Shown: in pieces, positions 55,261 to 64,000 of the stretch | Position numbering within the stretch: the first letter of the stretch is position 1 | How the letters are laid out: every line of letters begins with the position of its first letter | Assembly: GCA_951406725.2 (NCBI GenBank) | Contig: OX597826.1 | Coordinates: 83,018,001 to 83,082,000 of the forward strand | Origin: Octopus vulgaris | Lineage: Eukaryota | Direction of reading: 5' to 3' | DNA: 64,000 nt | Position numbers and translations under genes: made by a program | Notes under the pieces: model-generated | Told to the model about the DNA's origin: nothing | Database searches by the model: none | What the model saw: only the letters and a program-made list of their open reading frames with translations

Positions 55261-56825
55261 TAATTTTATGATAAACGAGAAAACATTTCCTTTTTATTTA
55301 GTTCAAAATAGGATCCCATTTTCTTCTCGTCTGGAATTGTTTTTTTAAATAAAAATCTTAGATCCTTGTCTCGTGAATGACTTTGAATTTCATTTTGTTT
55401 AAGAGGGATGCCTTTTCTTCCGAAAATTGGCTTTCTTTTTTTAAGATGTGAGTCGTTTCTCGGTAGCGACTGCCTTCTCTTTGCCAGTGATCAACTCCAT
55501 GTCACATATTCTACGGTTTTTAATAGCTTTGCCACCGTTTCATTTTCCCATCACATTCGGCCTCTGCCTGGCACAATCTTCATAAAGGGATGAGATGGAA
55601 CTGCATTAAGGGACTAATTCATGCTTGCTTACTATTATTGCTATGCGTGACTCCTTTTCTGTATTATCGTTAATTTTATTTGTTTACCCTTTTTGAGCTG
55701 AAAGCATTTTAAAAAGGTTTATTGCCAGATTTACACCGCTCTCCACTTTTACAAGACGCAGATTTGATGTTGTTTGTTAGTTCTACAATCTTATGTTCTA
55801 CGATGTTATGTCCATCATAATCCCATTCGACGACTTATCGGCAAATGTGACGTCAGGACTGACTTCCTGTTCATGTTCTATCGCAAAGATGACTACAACC
55901 CAGTGGTTGACATCATCACCAATGTCCATGACGATGACCTTCCTGCATCTCCTATTCTTATACTGCCAAAAACCAGGTCTTCGGTAAGTGTCTAGCATAC
56001 AATCTGGACTTCTCCCTTCACCTCATCCTCTATTTTAAACATGATACATATCGTATCACATGCCCATCTTTTGCTATTTCTGTCTTCGTCTTTTGCTCGG
56101 ATGTAACAAAATTCCTGTGTTCTTAGCAAGGTATCGATATTGTGCTTTCTTCCTCCTGTGAACCTCTGTCATTGATTTTGATAATCCGGTAACAGTCCTG
56201 CTTACAAAAGGCTGCCAGGCTTTCGATCTTTCAGCAAAATTATTTATAACTTTTACTTCCTGATCTTTTAAGTCTACAGAGTTATGTAGACGCATTCTGT
56301 TGTTGTTGTTGTTGTAGTTTGTTATTTGTTAGGTGTTCTTTCTTTCTTATTTGTTTGGTGTTTTTTTTCTTGTTATTTGTGAGTTCATTAATATTGTATT
56401 TTTAAAATATTTTCTTTTGTGTGCGTGTGTGGTTATTTACCTTCTTCACAAATATTTCTAAGAGGGTGGAGGATCCAAGGAAAGTAGAATATTTTTCTTC
56501 AGCACCTGATGGCAGCGTAATGCAAAAATATATTTAAATCTGGGGTTCTTGTTTTACTTCATTTTAGAACAGACTTTCCAGAATGTTCAATAAAGGTTCG
56601 TGCTTGAAATAAAATCAAAAAGAAAAAATCAAAGTTGTTTCTGATGAGATTTGTATTGGGAACTTTACAATGAGACAACAAAGGATTTCAGTTACTTTTC
56701 CGACGCGTTAATGATTCTATCAATCCACCATAATGCTACTCCTCCTCCTACAACTACTACTACTACTGCTGCTGCTGTTGCTGCTACTACTGTTGTTGCT
56801 ACTATTACTACGACTAATAATAATA

Positions 56826-57040
56826 ATGGTTTCAGATTTTGCCACAAGAGAGGCAATTTTGTGGGATGGGATAAGTCAGTTACATCGGCCCCAGTACGCA
56901 ACTGGTATTTAATTTATCGACCCAGAAGGTATTAAAAGCAAAGTCGACCTCGGCGGAATTTGAACTCAGAATGTACAAACAGACGAAATATCGCTAAGTA
57001 TTTCGCCCGGCGAGCTAACGATTCTGCCCGCTCGCCGCCT
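56826..57040 (-). mobile_element. Family B SINE with (ATT)n tail
   Basis: Full head aggcggcgagcgggcagaatcgttagc (minus strand), tail ...ctgaaacc(att)n. Confidence 0.85.
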
Positions 57041-57073
57041 TACTACAACTACTACTACTACTACTACTACTAC

Positions 57074-57148
<75 letters not shown>

Positions 57149-57254
57149 CAACAACAATACTATTGAGAAGAAGAAGAAGAAGAAGAAGAAGAAGAAGAAG
57201 AAGAAGAAGAAGAAGAAGAAGAAGAAGAAGAAGAAGAAGAAGAAGAAGAAGAAG
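57041..57254. repeat. Compound (CTA)n-(TAA)n-(CAA)n-(GAA)n microsatellite
   Basis: Direct inspection. Confidence 0.93.
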
Positions 57255-58235
57255 AGACATTTTTTTTTCTTTAGCCAACAACAGATAATTTTAAGAGCAA
57301 CAAGACTCTAAAGTTTTTTTTTTTTATCAGTGTTCTCAATATATATTTGAAATATTAACTCTGGTGTCTCACAATATAATGTTGTGAATCGATGCCTTTT
57401 TCACGAAACAAATATCTGCTTACCTTTACGCTGAGAGAGTTGACGTTTCTAACAATGTTGTTGCTTCCGGAATCATTTCTACTGAAGCATTCTTGCCACC
57501 CAACTCTAACAAATGTCTTCCACATAATTTCAATGGGAAATATCTGTGACACTATTTTTCCCTATTTTTTTCGTTTCTTTCATTTTTTTTGTTTCTATTT
57601 TGTTTTATTATTCAGATGCTATGCAATTGTTTTTCTTTTCTTTTTATTTGAATCATTCTAAGTTTTTTATTATCTCGCCTTATAGAAGTTATTGAGCAAA
57701 ATACTCCACCGCTTTTATTTTTTAGTTTTTTTTTTCATAATCTTCTACCACTCTGCATAGTCCCTACTGCTAAAGCTTTTCAGTTCTTCTTAACCAAGAT
57801 ACATTGGGTTTTACTTTCAAACGTCTTAAGAAATTTTCCTTCTTTAGAATTTAGAATATTTCTTATTCGACTTCATAGATTTCCCTTCTTTCCATTTCAA
57901 ATTCTCTTCCTTCATTAATTTTTAACTTCTCCATTTCACTCCAGTTTACTTTACAGCTTACAACTCCTTTCAAATTTAATGTTTTTCATCCATTTACACT
58001 TTACAGAGTTTCTATTATAACTTATAAAAAGAAACAGAAGAGCTTATGTGTGGCCTTGTTTTTGTGATTTCATCACCAATTAGGCACTGAGGAGAACCTC
58101 TCTTTTCCAGAATATTCTTTTCATGATGTCTGTCTTATATATTAATCTTGCTGCAATCACAACATTTATGTTTGATAATTTCTTCATGAAATAAATATAC
58201 GAGAGCAGATTAGAAAATGTTACGCTTTCTTTTAT

Positions 58236-58273
<38 letters not shown>

Positions 58274-59513
58274 CATTCACATATCGTCATGTGTGGATAA
58301 TCTTCAGGTGCACATTGCCCTTTTTCGGACCACTTCTATGCCCTCTGGCTAATCCAATTCTATCCCAAACTAATGCAATTAAGGACCAGTGATTTGCTTC
58401 GATTTAATGTCGACCACTTTCTCAGTTTTATTTTATTTATTCATATATTTACTTTGAAAACAACGAAATTTTAGATTTATGACAGAAAGCAACTTTTCAA
58501 ACTTTCGAACACCATGCACAAAATTGTTGGTTTATACTTTTTTTTTTTTTTCCTAATACTTTGTGAAAAATATTCAGAGATTACGATCTTCTGATAAAGA
58601 TTTCAAATTACAATTTTATTTAAAATTCCTCACCTTTTCGATTTTCGAAACATTCTCCTCCCATCCTTCCCAGCGTTTATACATTTCACTGCGTATTTCT
58701 GCTTGTGTGCTTGTGTGTCAAACCTGATGAGATGAAGGAGACACCAATATAGTCGCCTGAATATAAAATAACAGCCAAATCTCTAATAACAAATTTTTTT
58801 TCAAAATTTTACTATTTTAAATCAGCTCCCCTCTCGGCTATTGGAATAAAACTAGCACATATGTGTGTATACCTTTTAAATCGACAGAAGAAACAAGACA
58901 AGCCTCGGTGTAATCGCTCGATATACTAGAACTAAGAGTGAAATCTCAAAAATTATCTTTTTCCAGGATTACCATTTTTTAAAAGGCATTTCCCATACTG
59001 CAAGCTTTCAAAATAACGGCATCCGGTCCCAAGAAATAAGTAACGAATCAGTACAGTTGGTCCCGCTCCATCCGCCACCATACCACTAACCAACATATTC
59101 TGGAATAAAGGCGGAGGGATGTTAAGACACACTTTTATGACGGAGAGGTAATCTATCATACACACTTTCAAAATGTTTCTTCCATCTATAGCTGAGTTGA
59201 TATTTAGACATACAGAACTATCAGCTCAGCTAAACGTTGAACATTGACTAGGATGCACTTGCTCAGCTTGCTCAGTAACAGCTAAATAGGCGGAAGTATC
59301 AAGTCAGCTGCTCAGAAATAATGAGCGGTAAATGTTTCAGCAGTTTGAGTGAAGTCTAACTTCTTGTAATAAAAAAAAAGAGAAACATTTGGAATCTATG
59401 TCCATAAAGCTCTTTAAATCCAACATTCTTGGGTTCTTGAGATTAGCAAACCCCATTTCTTAATATAGCTAAAGCCACCCAACAAGTAACCTTTCCCGCA
59501 AATTGCACAGCAT

Positions 59514-60105
59514 TTGCTTTATCTTTGTCAGACTCATCATATGGAATATGGTCTCAATAAGGCATATATAATGAGCATTCAGTCAGCACAGACATCAATC
59601 ATAAAACAAATAAATAGCCTGACCGATCCTGATTATTGGGATCGCCTCGAAAACCTGAAACTCTATTCTCTCCAGCGCCGCCCTAAGCACTATATTATTT
59701 GTACAATGTGGAAAATATTCCACCGATATTATCCAAACAATATCGGTATTGAGTTTACGAGTCACCCAAAGCCAGGCCCTCGTGCCATACGCCTCCTATA
59801 ATAGTTGAGTTCATATCACATAAAAACATGGCGACACTAAATACGTTTTGCCTTAATTGGTTCTATTTTATTCAACCTTATCCCGAAAGCAATTAAAATA
59901 GAAAAAGATCACACAAGTTTCAAAAGGTACCTGGACAAATTCTTCCAAGTAGTACAAGACAAGCTACCAGCCCTTGGATACGTCTCTGCTAACGATTGCT
60001 CGAGTGGTCCTTGGGGTCTCGAAATATGACTTAAAAGACCTCTCCAGGTGGTGCTATTAAATTAGTCATGGCCTGGGCCCACAATGGCCGAGACCTATCT
60101 AAGTT
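59514..60105 (+). pseudogene. 3' end of a CR1/L2-group LINE
   Basis: DYWDRLENLKLYSLQRR...MWKIF, then LFNLIPKAI...FKRYLDKFF..VQD.. typical of the post-RT tail of CR1/L2-like ORF2. Confidence 0.7.
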
Positions 60106-60774
60106 ATATGTGTGTATGTGTGTGAGTGTGTATGCGTGAGTGTTTGTGTGTGTGAATGTGTGTGTGCCTGTATGTGTGTGTGTGTGTCTGTATGTACTTC
60201 TATGATTTTTTTTTTCTCTGTGTGAAAACAAATCTCTATATTTTCGTAAGGATTTTTCTATCCTTGTGTGTGTGTGTGAATTCTCAATTTTCAATAATTT
60301 ATTATTGAAAAACAGTCAAAACTTGTGGAAAATTAAAACGAAGCACAATTAAGCTTTAATTATATTTGAGTACTATTCTTAATGATTATTTTACTCATTT
60401 ATCATTTATATAATTAATATTTTTCTTCATTAAAACGTTTATCCATTTAAATAATTTCAGTTACATCTGTGTATTTATGGAACGGTACTACAAAATCATA
60501 TGCAAATTATACTATACATGTGTGCATCTAAATAACTCGTTATGCACGACATATGCACAATTACATGCTTGAACAAATGTGTACATATACAAGTATGCAT
60601 ATTATATATGTCAGTTCACCCTTCGTGCTACTGGCAATATGTGACCCCGTAGAACCAGTTATATGGTCGATCCATCGGCGACTAAACTGACACCACTACC
60701 AAACCTACTTAGAAGAGAAGCTTTTGCTGGACACCCTCCAGAATTACATTTCTGTCAAAGGGTGGATGAACTGA

Positions 60775-61504
60775 GTATAGTCAACGGCCATCCAATACTG
60801 GAGGACTAACCATAGCAATGAGGAAGTGTCCCCGCCGTGCCGCAACTGCAATAGAGTGGATGAAACCATTGCCCATATCACGAACGAATGCCGTAGACTT
60901 GCCAAAAATCACTACACGTTGTGGCAACACGATCAGGTACCGAAAGTGCTACACTGAAAACTGTGCTAAGGAGTGGGGGCTAAAGAGAAGCAAGACGTGG
61001 TTTGAGAACAAAGCGAAGAGTGGCGGAGTCGGAGACTAGCAAACTCCCCTGGGATTTCTCAATCCAAGCAGATCGGGTGCTAGAACATAACAGATTGGAC
61101 CCAGTGGTGGTGGACAAGGTACATCACATATGCTATATAGATGACGTTGCATGACCCTTTGACCCAGGAATATTCAAGACGAAAGGCGAAAAAATAGATT
61201 GATACAACCCACTTAAGTACGAAATAGCCCGATTATGGGAAATGAAGAAGGTGAAGATAGTGCCAATTATTGTTGGGTCCTTAGGAACAGTATCAGAAGG
61301 CATCAAAAGGAATATAAATGAAATTGGAATAGAGTGCCAAGTAGAACTGTTACAAAAGGTTTGCCTCGTTGGCACCGCCAGAATAATCAGGAAAATGTTA
61401 GATAGCTGAAAAGAACAGATAGCATGATACTGTAGGCTGGAAGTAGCAGGACCGTTACGCATGCAGGACTGCAAGAGCTTCAACAAAGCCTGTGATAAAG
61501 AGAA
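60775..61504 (+). pseudogene. R4/Dong-like RLE fragment ending at (TGA)n
   Basis: CRNCNRVDETIAHITNEC, HDQV..VLH*KLC, WDFSIQADR, DDVA*PFD, VKIVPIIVGSLGT, LQKVCLVGTARIIRK. (TGA)n at 61505-61607. Confidence 0.85.
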
Positions 61505-61607
<103 letters not shown>

Positions 61608-61934
61608 GTGATTGTAGGATCTCTAGGAATGATACAAAAAGGTACTGAAACCTATTTGAAAATGATACCAGGCTTACCATCCCTACGGGAAGTGCAAAAT
61701 GTCGTATTAACTGGAACGGCTCATGTACTGAGAAGAGCATTATCGCTGTGAAAACAACATCCATCCATGAATTTATTTATTTATTAATTTTTAAATACAT
61801 ATTTTACCTGTGAATTTGCGCGTGCAATCTAAGAATGCATACAATGAGCTTCTCTGCCCTAGGTGTATGGAAAACACTCGGCGAGAAACGTAAGAAAATT
61901 TGAAGAAAGAAGGAAAAAAAAAATTTTTTTTTAA
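61608..61934 (+). mobile_element. Short 3' fragment of a Dong-like element
   Basis: VIVGSLGMIQKG...IPGLPSLREVQNVVLTGTAHVLRRALSL*, then UTR and (TAA)n at 61935-62097. Confidence 0.85.
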
Positions 61935-62097
<163 letters not shown>

Positions 62098-62579
62098 GTG
62101 GTATCATGTACATTGTTTTGTCTTTGTATAAAATATTCTGCTCAATACCACAGCTTTGCTTGTCAGTTGTTTGACTTTAACCAGTTGACCATGTCCTTTA
62201 GTGGCTGACGATATGTGCATCTCTGATCACGAGCAGAAGTAGTGGAGAGCATCATAGCCGTGTGTTGAAAAGAATTCTTAGAGGTTTGGATAATTCGCCT
62301 TTGGAAACATGGGTGGTTTATTCAACATCCTTAAACAATCATTATTCAGGGACCTTTTGAGCGGGGTAGGCTACTCGACCAGAAGAAAATTCTAAGTGGG
62401 CCCCACCTGCAAGGTCATGAGTTATTTATCTTGATATGAGATCACCATGTCATGCACATATGGTTGTGATGCATGTGTCTGGTGTACCCTTATCAGACGG
62501 GAAGCCATGATGGGTATATTGGGCTTCGCATATTTTACCCCACTGTCACTTTGATAGCATGCACTACATTCTCACTCAA
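62098..62579 (+). mobile_element. Third copy of the (TAA)n-associated non-coding element
   Basis: Reverse complement of ~36901-37400. Ends ...ctcactcaa(taa)n. Confidence 0.85.
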
Positions 62580-62603
62580 TAATAATAATAATAATAATAA
62601 TAA

Positions 62604-62621
62604 TAACCCTAACCCTAACCC
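62604..62621 (-). repeat. Interstitial telomeric repeat (TTAGGG)3
   Basis: taaccctaaccctaaccc between (TAA)n and a retroelement 5' junction. Confidence 0.85.
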
Positions 62622-63263
62622 TACCAGGCCAACATATTAGAGAACAGCAGTAGCCCAACATGTCGTGTATGTCAACAACAAAATGAAACCATTGATCATG
62701 TTGCCTCCAAGTGCAATCTTCTTGCGCCCACAGAGTATCTCAACAGGCATGATAGAGCTGCACAATATATTCACTGGGTAATTTGCAGAAGCCTGGACTT
62801 GCCCCATGATAAAACTGGTGGGAACACAAACTACCTCCAGTGCTTGAAAATGACCACATCTCACTCCTCTGGAACTTCACCATTCAAACTGACAGAAAGA
62901 TAGATGCGAATAGGCCAGACATCATAGTAAAAGGCTTCAGACAAAAAACATGCCTCCTCATTGATATGACTGTCCCAATCGATATAAACGTATCTGTCAA
63001 GACCTACCAGAAACTGAGCAAATATAAAGATCTGGAAATAGAAATCAGCAAAATGTGGAACCTGAAGACTAAAACAATACCTGTTGTCATAGGCGCCATG
63101 GGAATAATAGCAAAAGTGGCTGATAGCTACCTAACTCAGATACCAGGAAACCCAAAAATGGCAGAAATTCAAAAGATAGTGCTCATGGGAACTGCTCATA
63201 TCCTACGCAAAATACTTTCTTTGTAATCTCAAGTTTTAAAACAAACATAATTTTTGTATGGTT
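62622..63263 (+). mobile_element. 5'-truncated Dong-like element (zinc knuckle + RLE)
   Basis: YQANIL...CRVCQQQNETIDHVASKC...RHDRAAQYIHW, frameshift, then ORF 62840-63226 WNFTIQTD...RPDII...LIDMTVP...KLSKYKDL...GTAHILRK. Confidence 0.92.
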
Positions 63264-63915
63264 AAGGAAGAGATGAAAAGCCCAGAAGAAGAGCAAAGAA
63301 GATTGGCTAGAAAAACCGATGCATGGCCGATACCCATGTAGAGTGAACAAACCAGACGTAGAAAAACGAGACACTCATGTATGGATTAAGAACTCAGGAC
63401 TGAAGGCCGAAACCGAAGGTTTTATCATAGCAGCACAAGATCAAAGCTTGGCAACCAGGGCTTACCACAACAAAATAATGAACGATGGCACTGACCCGAA
63501 ATGCAGAATGTGCCATGGGCAGGATGAAACAGTGGACCACATCTTAACTGGATGCCCAGCACTTGCAAAAGCTGAATATATTCATAGACACGATAGAGTA
63601 GCGCAATATATCCATTGGAAGATATGTAAACACTACCAGCTTCCAACTTCAGAAAGATGGTACCAGCATAAACCTGAAGCTGTGACTGGAAAAGATGATG
63701 TAACAGTAATCTGGGACATGCCAACCAACAGCGATAAAGAAACCAAGGCAAACAGGCCGGACATAATCATCAAAGATGTGAAGAATAAAAAATGCTTACT
63801 GACATATGTGACAGTACCATCAGAGAGAAGTGTGTCTATTAAAGAAATTGAGAAGTTATTTAAGTACAAAAACCTAGAAATAGAAGTGACCAAGATGTGA
63901 GGAATTAAAAGCAGC
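63264..63915 (+). mobile_element. Dong-like fragment (zinc knuckle + RLE)
   Basis: ORF 63319-63900: MHGRY, GLKAETEGFIIAAQDQ, CRMC...H...C, RHDRVAQYIHW, RPDIIIKD, EKLFKYKNL. Confidence 0.92.
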
Positions 63916-64000
63916 ACAGCACCAGCGGCGACTCCTAGTCTAACCCAGAGACCTCAAGAGTCAACAAGTTAGAAGTTCATGTTGGTGTTATGTCTAGGGT

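Noticed and set aside
62160-62270. HDV-like ribozyme in the (TAA)n-associated element
   Set aside because: P1/P3-like pairings (gtcagt/gctgac) can be drawn, but no P2 partner or J4/2 motif was found.

Overview
AT-rich, microsatellite-saturated animal genomic DNA with a 100-N scaffold gap at 36095-36194. The SINE families and the (TA)n/(CA)n/(GATA)n/(TAA)n landscape point to an octopus (coleoid cephalopod); this is inference. No host gene could be confidently identified, and most ORF-track entries are translations of simple repeats. Left of the gap are Penelope-like (Naiad-type) retroelement remnants beside (TA)n/(CA)n, several hammerhead-ribozyme (HHR) motifs, and degenerate RTE, Tc1 and mariner remnants. 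Right of the gap are many 5'-truncated R4/Dong-like RLE retrotransposon fragments and a ~550-bp non-coding element, nested in (TAA)n/(TGA)n. The most notable items are: (1) a highly structured ~260-nt HHR-containing, retrozyme-like unit present as an inverted pair at 25137-25802; (2) three telomeric repeats exactly at the 5' truncation junction of a Dong-like insertion, in the polarity telomerase would add to the cDNA (62604-62621); (3) a Penelope GIY-YIG remnant with stop codons at two conserved Cys positions (possible selenoprotein ancestry, speculative); (4) a ~500-bp fold-back element at 33799-34304. All analysis was by eye, and boundaries of degenerate elements are approximate.
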